Shown here piece after piece: positions 1 to 16,276 of a stretch of 64,000 bases of DNA (positions within the stretch are counted from its first letter, which is position 1; each line of letters starts with the position of its first letter). The translations under genes and the position numbers were made by a program. Under the pieces are notes generated by a model that was not told where the DNA came from, did not search any database, and saw only the letters and a program-made list of their open reading frames with translations. Source of the DNA: the human T2T-CHM13v2.0 reference genome, Homo sapiens; assembly GCF_009914755.1 (NCBI RefSeq), contig NC_060935.1. The stretch is one strand, 5' to 3'.

Positions 1-1852
1 TAACTAATCTGATTGCTGGTTATGCCAGTGCCATCCAGATTATGCAAAATAACCTAACTAATTTCTGCCAGTGCAAGTGCCTGGTGGACCAACTTGGCAA
101 ATGGATGTATGACAGGGTATGGTATCAATGACCAAGAAAATAATATCACTGGACACAGTGGCTCACACCTGTAATCCCAGCAGTTTGGGAGGTTTAAGCG
201 AGTGGAGTTCAAGACCAGCCTGGGCAACATGGTGAGACCCCATCTCCACAAAAATATGCAAAAAGTTAGCTGGGTGTGGTGTTCTGTTCCTGTAGTCCCA
301 GCTACTCGGGAGGCTGAGGTGGGAAGATTGCTTGAGCCCAGGAGGCTGAGGCTATCATGAGCTGTGATTATGCCACTGCACTCCAGCGTGGGTGACAGAG
401 TGAGACCCTGTCTCAAAGAAAAAAAGAGAAAAGAAAATAATATCTTTCTACTTCTTTTGGTGAGTTAATTTGATAGAGAAAAATCTCTGTGAAGCTTGAA
501 GGCTCTCCTTTGCTCAAGTAAGTCATTAAAGGGACATTTTTTCCTTTGTATGGAAAATAATCGTGGTGCTGGACCCTTCCTGGGTGACATACCAAGGGTA
601 TACTGGAACCAAATCCTGTGGTTTGTTCTATAGGTGACATCTTCAACCTCTCATGAAGGTCACAGATGGTCCTGGCACTGACTCTTGTGATACAAGCACT
701 TGTCAAATCACTGGATGTCATAGCTGGCCTACAAGCCAGCCCTGTGCAACGCAGGGTAGTTCAGCCCCTAACTGGGCTTCCAAAAACCAAAGATTATATA
801 TGAATAAACCAAAGATGTAGATTAACTTGGTCAGATGACAAAACCACACCTTATAGCTGCCAAAGCCAAACTGCAGGACTCCTATATCAGGTATTCTGCA
901 GCAGTTCTGCTCCTACAGACTAACAGGGACATAGGAAGATGGGGATGTGCAGATGCCAACATGACATGTGTCAAAACATAACAAACTCCAGACTGGTGGG
1001 TCACAAGTTCCACTCTAACCTCATCCATGAACAACACTGGTCTTTTTATCTTATGTGGCAACAAAGTATATATGGTATTCCCATCTATATGGTCAGGATG
1101 ATGCAGACTCGAATATCCGATGCCTCCCATTGCCAGATACTCCACTTTAAATGCCAGTCAGATTACAAGTGTGGGCTCAGCTGTTGACAAAGTAGTGCCA
1201 CACAAATGTACCAGAAGTGACATTATGGAAAACTCATTTGTATATCACAATTCTAAGTTCTCTTCAGTATTGAGATCTTGTTCCTGGGCTTTGGAACTTA
1301 CTTTTTGGAAAAGGCCATTCTAAGTCTTTCTATAGTAATGCACAAGAGTTCAGTATTACTATGCAAACATTGGAAGCACTCCAATCAGAAGTTAAATTTA
1401 TGCTAGAGCCCAGGAGTTCAAGGCTGCAGTGAACTGTGATCATGCTATTTCACTCCAAAATTGTCAGGGACTAGATTCACTAACAGTCAGACTAGGAGGA
1501 GCTTGCTTGATCATTGGTGAAGAAAGCTGCTTCTATGTAAAGAACTTAGGACAAATAGTGTTTAATTGGCACCATTTAAAGGGCAAGATAAATATTAATT
1601 CTCCCCATCAGATAAATGAGGCTCACGATTTTAATGGACTGACCTATTTCTAGGGATGGGAGACTGGCTTAATGGGATATGATGAAATGTCCTTAGATTT
1701 GTTCTTTCCTGATGATTCATACTTGTAATCTATGTTCTTCTCTCCCTTTGCAGATCTCTTGCCACTCAGCTACTAACCCAGTTTTTCTCTCCACCGCCAC
1801 CTGCTCAGCTTTTAATGTATGAAACTTCTAGGGAAGTTTCAGATGGGAGAAA
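1..1852 (+). pseudogene. Decayed endogenous retroviral env (MER34 family, HEMO/ERVMER34-1-like); 5' end lies outside the window; broken by stops, frameshifts and Alu insertions
   Basis: CWLC motif (TGC TGG TTA TGC at 14-25). SU end RYSTLNASQIT..VVPHKCTRSD (ORF 1120-1323). After frameshifts: GTYFLEKAILSLS and QEFSITMQTLEALQSEV. ISD/CX6CC-like LQNCQGLDSLTVRLGGACLIIGEESCFYV (ORF 1429-1653). Tail SPPPPAQLLMYETSREVS runs into a purine tract and the LTR. Confidence 0.85.
151..430 (+). mobile_element. AluJ-type SINE inserted in the env remnant
   Basis: Alu dimer with A-rich tail; 14-bp target-site duplication AAGAAAATAATATC at 134-147 and 431-444. Confidence 0.93.
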
Positions 1853-2396
1853 TAAAGGAGTTAAAAACATGCTGCCTCAAAATATGCTCCTCTGGCATAT
1901 TGACTATTATGAAATAAAGGTACTTGAAAAACAGCAGGTGCAAGATCACTCTTTCTTTCTATCTCTTGAAAGCAGGAGATGAAATTCCCATGTGAAAGGT
2001 GTTTTCCCTATACCAGAAGGAAACGTTATTCTTATCATTGAGGAAGGGAAGTTGAAGCAAAATATAGGGAGGGAAATCTGTACAATCAAACCTTGTTAAA
2101 CTAACCCTTATCTTCCTAGTTTCTTTTCTACCCTGTTAACTACCCTAGATCAAGCCCTTTAACTTTGTCACATTTTCATAAGTTTTTGAATTTTTTTTGT
2201 TAAATTCAGAATATAAGTGTTCAACTCTAACTGTGACTTTGGGTGCTCATTTCCTCATGAAGACTCCTGTGCTACATAACACTTGTATTAAACAAATTTG
2301 CGTGCTTTTCTTCTGTTGATCTGTCTTATGTCAACTTAATTCTCAGACCCAGCTGAAAAACCCCAGGGAGTAGAGATAAAATTTTGCTCCCTTATA
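1853..2396 (+). mobile_element. 3' LTR of the MER34-like provirus (ERV1 class)
   Basis: Follows the env tail and purine tract GATGGGAGAAA. Begins ..AACATGCTGCCTCAAAATATGCTCCTCTGGCATATTGAC, typical of MER34/MER39-group LTRs. ATTAAA signal near 2287; ends ..TTTTGCTCCCTTATA. Confidence 0.75.
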
Positions 2397-2777
2397 GTTC
2401 TATGACTCTAGTTTGATTCTAATTTAGTATGGATAAAAATGGGACCCCATGGTCACTTGGCGTATATAAGTATCTATATACTTTAAGAAGGGATCCCAGG
2501 ATGTGGTAAGGTTTACTGATCATACATATTCATTTATTCATAAATTTTTTCAACAGTCATTGAGGATATATTATGTGTATATTCAACTACACTGACTAGG
2601 TTATAGAGACAAATTAGACCAAGTGTTTGTCCTCAATGAGAGTCTAGCCTAATGGAGGAAAACAGACACAATGAACTAGGTATAATAGTGTCATAGGTGC
2701 TCAGATAGATATTTTCATAGGGGCATTGAGGCTACTAAGACTAAATGAGGAGAAACGATGGGAGATTATGAGAGAAA

Positions 2778-3274
2778 TGTAACCCATAACCCCTACTTTT
2801 CTAAGAGATAGTTTAATTATTTTCTCTCTCTCTCTTATTTTCTCTTTCTTCCTTTCTCCTGCTTCCTACTTAGCTCTTTAGAAATGCAATTATAGCCTCT
2901 CATCCACCAGGAGGCTGCCTTGAGAGATAACTGTTGAGTTATAACCCAAAGTCCCGCCAGGAAATGCTCTCCCACCTGGAGAGTTTTCAGCCACCTTTAC
3001 AACCTATTTCTGCCTATGAAGATGCCAACTCAGCTGCCTGATAGATCAGGTACCAAGCTATCACATGGACCCTCCCTGCCTGCTTGCTTCCTCCCCTGGC
3101 TTTTAAAGTGTCCGCTTTTTGCTCCAAAAGCAAAGCAATAACATTAAGACAGGAAGCCTATACTTCTTCCCTTAAACTAGCTTTGGAATAAAAGTTACTT
3201 TTTTTATACCAGACCTTGCTCTTGTTCATTGGACTCTGCAAGCAGTGAGCAACTGAACCTGCGTTTCAGTTATA
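2778..3274 (+). mobile_element. Solo LTR, probably ERV1 class (subfamily not assigned)
   Basis: About 500 bp starting TGTAAC and ending GTTATA (degenerate inverted termini), AATAAA at about 3187 and an LTR-like U5 end. Confidence 0.6.
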
Positions 3275-3902
3275 AGAGAGTAGGAAAGGCTTCATGGAGA
3301 AGTTGACCCTTGAGTTGAGTCTTGAAGATGAGAAGATTCCACTAGGAGAATGGGCAATGAAAGGAAGGCCAGTACATGGGAGCTGATAAAACAGCATGGT
3401 GTATGAAGAGTCAGCCTAGTTCACACTTGTCTTGAGTGCAGTGTCCACAAGTACTATATCATGAAGAGCCTTAGCTACCATGCAAGGGAATTTTAAAGTA
3501 TTGCATCCTAAGCAGGCTTGTCGTAACACTTGTGAGGTTCAGGGCAAGAGCAGAAGTACAGGTTTTTGGCTGTCTTCCTGTTTCCTCTCCTCCAACCTAA
3601 AGATCCTCACACACATCTGTGAATAGCCCAGCCTGCATGTCTAAGCTATGTCCTATCCTCATGAAAACATCTGCCTTTTGGCCTCCTCTAAGGCTTAAGA
3701 ATGAGCCTTGGCAGCCTGGTGGCTTCATGGGTCTGGAAGCAGACTCAGATTCTTTGGGCTGGGTGTTCCAGGAGTGTTGTCTGTAAGTAGGGAGGACACA
3801 GGCTCTGGGAAGAACAGCCCTTTGGACCCATACAGACTCCTGTCCTGAGTGAGGGGGGGAAGTGGTTATAGGAGGGCCAGAGTGGGGCTATCTAAATTTT
3901 AG

Positions 3903-4100
3903 TGGGGTAGCAAACTTTTTCTGTGAAGGACTAGCTAGTAAATAATTTAGGCTTTGAAGGCCAGATATGGCCACCATTGGATGTTCCTGTTTTGTTTTGG
4001 TTGCAGGCATTAAAAAAATACAAAATCCATTCTTAGCTTGAGGGCCGTACAATATTAGGCTGCAGGTTGGATTTGGCCAGGGGTCATAATTTGTAAGACA
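3903..4100. mobile_element. MER58-type hAT DNA transposon remnant
   Basis: GGGGTAGCAAACTTTTTCTGTGAAGG start and ..GGATTTGGCCAGGGGTCATAATTTG end, similar to the copy at 43306. Confidence 0.65.
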
Positions 4101-6340
4101 TACAACAAGAGTAGTAGGGCATCTCTGAAGAGTGTGAAAAGGGGACTGACCGTCACTTTGTGTTTTAGAATCATCAGTTTGGCTTTGTGGAGTGTATATA
4201 GAAACTGGACAAACTGGAGGCTGTTGTAATAATTCAAACAGGAGATGATGAGGCCCTGACCTAACTCAGCAGCAATGGGACTGGAGAAGATAGTGAATTA
4301 AGAACATTTTAAAGGAATTAGTGACTTTGGGTTTTTGATTAAAGCAACTGGGTCGTGGTTCTAATCACTGAGATGGTGACATCAAAGGGCAGGGTAGCAT
4401 GAGCTAATAGGTTCGTTTTTAGTATCTGATTCTTGATTTTTATGTAGGAGTCTCAAGGGGATGTCCAGTAGAATTCTCATACATACGAGTTGCTATTCTG
4501 TAGTGAGGGCAGGGCTGAAGATACAGATTTGAGAGTCACAGGGGGGCACACAGCCACCCCAGAGCATCTGAAAGGTGAAACTGAAGAGGTGAAACTCCTT
4601 GCATCCTGCAAGTGTCTTGTTCTTGAGATGAACCAGATCAAGACAGGGCAAGAGAGGAGATACTGAAGCCCAACCCTGAAAACCTGGCCCAGCTTCTGGG
4701 GCTGACAATCAAGGCTGAGGCTGGTGAGCAGTGTGGTGTGAGAGGCTGAAGCATGGTTGGAGTGTGGCCAAAATAAATCTGGAAGGGTAACCAAGGAATG
4801 GTGAGCAGAGAAATCTTTCCTCCGGGGGTAGTCTCTCAACTACTAGATCTACACCCTGAATTAGGAATCTCCTGTATTATAATGTTTGACTCTTAAGTCG
4901 GAAAGCTCAAGTGTGAGAGAAGTATAACGTTTATGACCTATGAATCCACCTAATTTTGACTCCAAGCTGCCACGCATTAGGCTGGTAGGAAGGTGAATGT
5001 AAATCACTCCAGTAGGTTTGGGTCCCACCTCAGTCACACTCCCTTACTCTGCCAAGGCTCCGGAGGCCTTCCTTAGTCATTGGTCATCTCCCACATCAGT
5101 CAATGCTGACATGCCCATTGTCTGTGTCTGCACAATACTGGCAGGTCTGGCAGCATCTGGCAGTTTCCGTGACATATTTAGGACACTGGACTATTCGGCA
5201 AAGCTCTGCAACCCATTGCCTAGGGCTTTGTTTTCCTAGATGAACTGAGTACCTCCTGCCTGGAGTCTTGCTTCCCATAGTAATGACCCAAGCAGAGAAT
5301 GGGTCCTCTTGCTTCTAGACCTACAGATCTCTTCTCTTCAGGACCTCTAAAGTCATCTCTAGTTTGGGTGGATATTTCTCCCTCTTGTTCTTTCACCATA
5401 TGCTTTTATAATTCATCAGATTCATAACTTGAAAAACATGTTCCTCTTTCCTCCAGGAAAGGGAGGGATTACTAATCCAAAGTGAGGGAAAATATTTGCA
5501 TTTCACTTTCTTGTCCATCAAAAAAAGGGAAGAAAAACAAAAACAGTTAAGATTTTGTACTGAAATAGTGAGCATTTACACCCTGCCACATATTTGTGGA
5601 GAGGAGGATAAACAAGTGCAAGGAAATACCCAGGAGAAGGACTTGATGAATGAGACAATTGGCAGGACATATGATGGGTCTGAGGAGTGGCTGAAGATGA
5701 TGTCTTTAAACTTGGACTTCCCTGATTTTCAGAATGGAGCATTGCAATGAGCCTGCATTCAGGGTCCATAGATCAAACCTGAATATCCCCAGTTACCTAG
5801 TAGATAGGGCTGCAGGTGGCAGGGGTGGGGGCTGGGCATTAGTGGTCTAACCTCGTATGAACTTTCCTGCTTCTGGTCAAGAAGGCTTTGGAATTCTGTT
5901 GGGGGTTGAATCTGGGTGCTGAATTTTTGCTTTAATCTGTGAATTGTTGCGGATGCCCACGGCTGAAATTAACTAACTTTTAAAAATAATTAGTCAGTTT
6001 ACTTGCTTTATTTCATTTGTTCTTCAAACTACCCAGGAAGGTAAATGTCACAGTTTCCATTCTGCTGATGGGAAACCTGAAACTCAGAGAGGCCAGGGGA
6101 ATTTATCACAGTAATAGAGCAAGTATGTGACATCAAATCCATGTCAGTTATTGTAGGTTTACCCTAGTGGATAATTTATTGTCCAATAGTGATATTTCGA
6201 GAATGAAAGGGGCAACTATTAATAATTATCTCAGGACTATAAGTAAAACCAGAGTTTTCCTGTGTGGTCAGTCAACTTGGCTATTTTTTTATTTGTATTA
6301 ACTTTTTAAAGAACAAATTGTAATCTTTGTAATCATTTCA

Positions 6341-8530
<2,190 letters not shown>

Positions 8531-8535
8531 ATATA

Positions 8536-8830
8536 GGTCGGGCATGGTAGCCCATGCTTGTAATCCTAGCACTTTGGGAGGCTAGGTGAGAGGATTGCTT
8601 GAGCTCAGGAGTTCAAGACCAACCTGGGCAACATAATAAGACCCCGTCTCTACAGAAAATACAAAAATTCGTTGGGTGTTGTGGCATGTGTCTGTGGTCC
8701 CAGCTACTCAGGAGGCTGAGGTGGGAAGATCACTTGAGCCTGGGAAGTTGAGGCAACAGTGAGGCTGCACTGCACTCCAGACTGGGTGACAGAGCAAGAC
8801 CCTGTCTCAACAACTAAAAATAAAACATAG
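8536..8830 (+). mobile_element. AluJ
   Basis: Full dimer with J-type GGATTGCTTGAGCTCAGGAG and A-rich tail. Confidence 0.9.
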
Positions 8831-9241
8831 AATATCTTTAGGATTTTGGAGTAGAGAAGAATTATGATCATCAGGCCAGTATTAAAATATTTTGCATTTT
8901 CTGAGGACACATCAGAGAAAGTGATTGGGTTATGAGGACAAATTTGCCTAGAGCTCAATTCTGTGTTGTTATTTCAGGTAAGCATAGTCTTTCTTCAAAG
9001 AACCAAGGACTAGCCGAGTGTGGTTTCGTCTCTACTAAAAAAAGAACCAAGGACTGGTTATTTGTTGGTGGCTGAATGATTGGTTTGTGAAAAGACAGGA
9101 AACCCAGGCTGAATAGGGAATGGTGGTCTGGTCTTTGTGTTGACAACAATTAATAGGAAAACCCCAAGAGGCAGAATTTGGAGCCAAAAGGCAGTACGGG
9201 GCCCTGATGGATGATTCTATATGAAAATAGATTGTCCCTGA

Positions 9242-9704
<463 letters not shown>

Positions 9705-10365
9705 TAAAAAGACTTTGGAAACATACAAATATAGCTTCAAATGCAAGTGCTGTCACATCCCAGCCGTGAGAATTTCCTAATTTATTAAATGAATAAAATA
9801 ATACCTACTTTTCAGGGTTGCTGTAGTGATCAGAATGTAGGTATGTAGGGTGGATTAGGGATGGCTGCACATTCTTTGTTATGTACTCACATTGAGAAAT
9901 GGAGTTTAATAATTAAGTGCCTTATTCAACAGGTATTTAACGGGTGCTTACTCTGTGTCATGTGCCCTTCTTGCTGCTGAACAAAGTGGATAAATTCCTT
10001 GCCTGAAAGTAATTAAGGTAATACCTTTTAATCATTGTTGGTGATGTAATGGTTATTAAGATAACCAGAATATCGGGGTTTACCTAAAAAGACCTAATTG
10101 TCTGATATGGACACGTAAGAAATGAAGTTCAAAGGAAATCTGTCCTAAGTAAATTATAATTAACATCTAAGTATTAATCGTTAACAAGCTGAATAGACAC
10201 CATATAGCTATTTCAAATTTAAATTAGCCTCTATCTTACCTATTATTTTTAATTTCTACCACTACCTTCTGGAAGCTGTGTAAATGAAAATCCTAACTGA
10301 GTAAGTTAACACAAATAAATACCACTTATCCATTCATTCATTCAACCGATCATTCAACAAATATT

Positions 10366-10565
10366 TTATTTTATTTATTTATTTTTTGAGGCAGAGTCTC
10401 ACTCTGCCGCCGGTGTGCATCACCACACCCAGTTAATTTTTTGTATTTTTAGTAGAGATGGGGTTTCGCTATGTTGGCCAGGCTGGTCTCAAACTCCCGG
10501 TCTTAAGTGATCCACCCACCTTGACCAAAGTGCTGGAATTACAGGCGTGAGTCACAGCGCCTGGC
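10366..10565 (-). mobile_element. Alu with internal deletion of most of the right arm
   Basis: Tail..CTCACTCTGCCGCC joined directly to GGTGTGCATCACCAC; TSD TTCAACAAATATTT on both sides. Confidence 0.85.
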
Positions 10566-11749
10566 TTCAACAAATATTTGTTGGACAACTTTTATGTGCT
10601 AAACTGTGCTAACCATTGTTTCTCTGAATGATTCAGACATAGACTCTGCTTTTTCTGCCAAGAACTCCACTTTTCATATCAAAATTATGGTAGAGGAGGA
10701 AAAACTTGAAAAAAAAGTGCTAGGTTAATCATATCTTTTATAACTGAATGATTTCTTAGATTAAGATATTTTAATCTATTTACTTTGAGGTAGATTGATC
10801 CCTGAATGACATAGTCTAGTTACTGATAACTAAAAAAGTACAATTAGGTGTTAAGTTTGAATAGAATTTCAATCCATTATTTAGGGTTCCTAAATTTTTC
10901 TATATACTGTAGTTGCTTGGTTTTATTCAGGGCTAGGGAAATTTGCTAATTTGAGAGGCAAGACAAAAAAGCCTGTCAAATGCATTTGTATTATGCCAAA
11001 GTAGTTCTCAAGGTATCTTTCAAGTGAATGTTTAGCACATATGCGTGCACACAAAACAAACTTGATGTTCACCATTATCAACGACTAGGATGGCAAATCC
11101 ACTCTTGCTTTGTAACCAAGGAAAGTCACTGCTGCATGGTCGTAACGTGCTTAGTCTTTATGAAGATGCCTCAGCAAAAGATGACAGGGATATAAGACTG
11201 AGTTATTCCTTTGAAGTTTAACTCATTATCCTTTGGTAATCATAACTCCATGTTTTTTACCTCCCCAATTAAAGTTCCAAAAGGCAACAGTAGGTCACAG
11301 CAGCCCCTTAGTCGGAGGTTAGGCTCAGGTGCAATTTACTCTCCTCTGTATGCTTGCTAGTAACCAAAGGAGTAACAGTTTCGCACACCAAGAATGATCA
11401 GAGTCAGTGGCCAGGGTTTACGTTTCATGACAGCCTTCTATACTTGTAGGAAATACAGACTTTACCGTTAAAGAAACTAATGTGGTCACCAGGGTCATGG
11501 TCTTTAGATTCACGTCATCTGGAGTGTAAAGCACTAGATCTGAATTCCCTTTTTGTTGATTGGGGCATTGACAATTGAACTGTAATGACAAAAGAGGGTA
11601 TAAACTAGAACGTATGTTTGCTGATCCATACAGCATTTTTGTGGTAGCAAGTATTCTTTTGGTTAGAATTAATACATCTCTTCTGGTTTGAATGATAGTC
11701 TCCTGAAGTTGATGAAACTTAGTGGTTTCATAAGAGAAAGGGTGCCCTC

Positions 11750-12192
11750 ATGTGGCGATTTAGAAACATAACAGCAAATTCTTTGGCATTCCCGGCTTCA
11801 AGGAGGAGGTGTATATTGCCTCATTTTAACTCTGGTTGTGTTTCTGATTACTTTTATCAGAAGAGTATGGCAGAAGTGAGGTTATATGACTTCTATGGCT
11901 AGATCTTAAAAGTCATACAGCCTCCATGGTGGAGAAGATGCCATGAGCAGGCAGTATGGTTGACAGTCCCAGCTGAGCCCAGATTTCCAATTATCTCCAG
12001 CAACGCAGCAGACGTGTGATTGAAGCCATCCCAGCCCCTCCCAACCAGCCCATCGGCCCCACAGAACAAAAGGATCACCTAGGGCAGCCTTGCCTGAACT
12101 CCTGGCCTACCAAATCATGAGACATAATAAAATGATTGTTGTTTTGAGCTACGGTTTAGGGTTCTTTTTATGCAATGTTCGATAACTGGACA
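11750..12192 (+). mobile_element. MLT1-type MaLR LTR
   Basis: Starts TGTGGCGATTTAGAAAC..CAAATTCTTTG; contains CCCAGCTGAGCCCAG and AAATCATGAGACATAATAAAATGATTGTTGTTTTGAGC; ends GATAACTGGACA. Confidence 0.7.
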
Positions 12193-12556
12193 CTCCTTCT
12201 GTTAATTCAAGTTCTCTAAAAGCTGATACCAAGAGGATCGGATTCGACATAAAAGAGGTTTTTGGGGAAACACCTGTGAAGGATAACGGGTGAAGGAGTG
12301 GACTAGGTAGGGAGAGCTTTCAGACTCTGATGCAGGTCTGGAATCTGAAGGAAGAAAGATTAGGCAAGAAGAGTCTTAGGCTATCTCACAAGAAAATAAA
12401 GTATTTCCAGGCTGTGGTGGTGGGGGGGGAGGTCCTCAAGCCTGTTAGAAAGATTCTGCTTATCCCAAACACTTTATGTCAAACTGGAGTTTTGGACCTG
12501 TGTGCGGCATGCTAGAATTGATAGAATGTAGCTTAGAAACTCACGAAAACAACTTA

Positions 12557-12879
<323 letters not shown>

Positions 12880-12956
12880 TTATAGAATCCCAGTGTTAGG
12901 ACTTTCTCCCTCTCACATTGTATATCATCTATTATAACTCTGAAAATGTATTATAG

Positions 12957-13263
12957 TTTTTTTTTTTTTTGAGACGGAGTCTTGTTCTGTCACCCAGGCT
13001 GGAGTGCAGTGGTGGTGCAATCTCGGCTCACTACAACTTCCGCCTCCTGGGTTCAACAATTCTCCTGCCTCAGCCTCCCAAGTATCTGTGATTACAGGTG
13101 TGCCCCACCACGCCTGGCTAATTTTTGTATTTTTAGTAGAGTTGGGGTTTTGCCATGTTGGCCAGGCTGGTCTCGAACTCCTGACCGCAAATGATTCACC
13201 CCCCCCCCCCACTTGGCCTCCCAAAGTGCGGCGATTACAGGTGTGAGACACTGCGCCCAGCCA
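12957..13263 (-). mobile_element. AluS
   Basis: Reverse dimer with poly(T); TSD AAAATGT(A/G)TTATAG; internal C12 run near 13199-13210. Confidence 0.93.
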
Positions 13264-14166
13264 AAATGTGTTATAGTTATTTTTTACATAGCCATGTTAT
13301 TCATCAGACTTTGATATTCTTGAAGGCAGGATCTATGTGTTTTTTTTTTTATCTTTGTATCCTTCTTCATTCCCCAAGTTCCTGGCTCAATGAATGCTTG
13401 TTGAATGACTAAGAATGATAGTGAAATCACATTCCCTGTGTGGTTCTCAGAACAAATTGTAATTCTCTGGATTTACTTATAAGGACTTCATTGTTGATGA
13501 AATATCTGAATATTAATTATGTCTTCTAAAAATATGTTGTAAACAGACTTGTAAATAATAGTGAAGAAAATCACATGAAAGGAGGAATTTCTCTTTAATG
13601 GTACTTTGCTATCTTAGTAAATAGTTTTTATAGTCTTTGCTAGCGCTGCTCTCCCACCATTTTCTGACAGGATTATGGATAGTAGAATTCATAACTCACT
13701 AGACTGACGTTTTAGTTGACTTCCTAGAGAATATATTTGATCTTGTAAGTTCTGTACCTAAAGACTTCCTTGTCACTGTATCCTATTGTGATGGTTCCCA
13801 GATTTTTGGATTTCATGGATTAATATCATTTTTTAAAAACTGGGATGCTGACACTTATTTTGTAAAGCAAGAACATCAAAAATAATCTATGGCCTATTAT
13901 TACCATCATTTTACAAAAGAAAGGCTATGTTCGTAACAAAAAGAGGATATCTCAGAATTTTAAAATGGAATGGACAGAGACAGATTACAGAGTTAGTACA
14001 TTATCCTTATTGTTCAGCATTCCTTTACAGTTTGGTACCAGCCTGTGTACCTGAACTATTGGCTGTAAATTAAAATTTCAACTTATTTAAGGCTTTCCTA
14101 GTTGTCCAGCAGCTGCCATTTTCCAAGGGCTGGGAAGGAGGAATGAGAATGTCCTGGGGACAATGC

Positions 14167-14616
<450 letters not shown>

Positions 14617-15875
14617 TAAAACTTGGTGTTTCTATTTTTGAAAGGAAGAGGAGAATGGATACTGGAGAAAATAGTGATCCATCACAGCCCACTCCTTTGG
14701 CCCTCCATGTAGCCAGGCTCACCATTTTTTCTCAGCAGTGGAGCGTAATCACCACATACCAACAACCCAAAGTCCTGTCTGGGTGCTGCATCCATCTCCA
14801 AGTCCAGGATCTCTGGGTGATGTGCTGTCCTCTCCATCAAGTGACAGGGTGGCTCTTGCCTCCCACACCTACATCCAGTATGTAATGATGTTGTAGAATG
14901 GTATATCTGCAATAAAATCTCTCTTTCACAAATGGAAAATTGGGAAATGGGAAATGAGCAGGACTCAGTGGTTTATAACAATGGCGAAATTCTAATGGGC
15001 AGAAAAACAGACTCCTTGCCCTGGCAATGGAATACATTCTTGGTTAGAACTTGTTCCATTTTCTGTGAGCAATTCTTTGTCTATTGTCCTTTACTCATTA
15101 TTCTCTACTTTTTGCAAGTGTTAGAAATATGTGCTTGTAGAAGGCTGTTCAGATTTCATAGCCTTCTTCCTGCTGGTGCAAGATAGGTGTGCCTGATCTA
15201 TTTGCTATATGCATTATTTAGAATAGGCTACAGACCCCAGAACCTAATGATTTAAAGAAAAGATAGTTCATTTCACTTTTACAGAAGAGCTCTGTGCCGG
15301 AGTTTCATACCAGCAGTGGCCCCTGCTCCATGCAGTCCTTTGAGGACTAACATCAGTAGAGAATGAGCTAAGCTTCTTGACAAGGGGATGTAGATATGCA
15401 GTGGCTTAAAAAATAGAATTTCATTTCTCTCTATATTTCTGACTGCTGGCTGGAAATCAGAGACAAGCAGAGCAAGCTTGGGAGCCTCATATTGAGGAGA
15501 GCTCCCGCACCCGCCCAGGTCTGTGCACTGCTGGACTGTTAGATAAAAGAGAAATAAAATTCAATCTTGTTTGAGCTCCTCTCCTGCTAGCTTTTCAGGC
15601 TGCAAAATGTAAGAAAAGCAGAAAAGCATAAGACCAACAGAGTCCCTTTAAGCTTTCCTAGATATCCCACATCACATTCCTGTATACTTGCTGTTAAGAA
15701 AGTTTGAGAAATGGTCTTTGATTTACAATGGCAATATTCTTAGCTAAAAATTGGGGCTCTCCAAAAAAAAAAAAAAAAAAAAAAGAAGCGGAGAATGAAT
15801 GTTTGAGTAGGCATCTAGTAGTCTATGCCGTCCTATCTAAACACCAGGAGAAAATGAGTTGGCCTTTTCAGTGGC

Positions 15876-16276
15876 TGTCTTAGTCTGTTTTGTGCTGCTA
15901 TAACAAGATACCACAGACTGGGTAATATACAAAGAACAAAAATTGACATCTTCAGAGTCTGGAGGATGGGAAGCTCAAAATCAAGGGACTGGCATCCGGT
16001 GAGGACTTTCTTGCTGTATCATTCTATGGTGGAAAGCAAGAGGGAGGGAGAGAGAGAGAGAGCGAGCGAGAGAGAACGAGAGAGTGAGCCAAACTTGTTT
16101 TTTTATAATTCCCATGATAACAAACTCCCTCCTGCAATAATGGCATTAATCCACTCATGAGGACAGAGCCCCCACAGCTTTGTCACTTCTTAAAGCTTCC
16201 ACCTCTTAATACTGTTAGAATGACGTTTAAGTTTCAACATGAGTTTGGGAAGAGACAAACATTCAAGCCCTAGCAA
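15876..16276 (-). mobile_element. MST-type MaLR LTR with internal (GA)n
   Basis: TGTCTTAGTCTGTTTTGTGCTGCTATAAC start and ..ACAAACATTCAAGCCCTAGCA end; reverse of the MST copy at 25348. Confidence 0.8.

Noticed and set aside
5816-5837. G-rich run as a G-quadruplex
   Set aside because: Only three tracts of three or more G; no functional context
10600-11750. Repeat-poor stretch as a possible exon or enhancer
   Set aside because: No convincing ORF, splice pair or motif cluster can be supported from sequence alone
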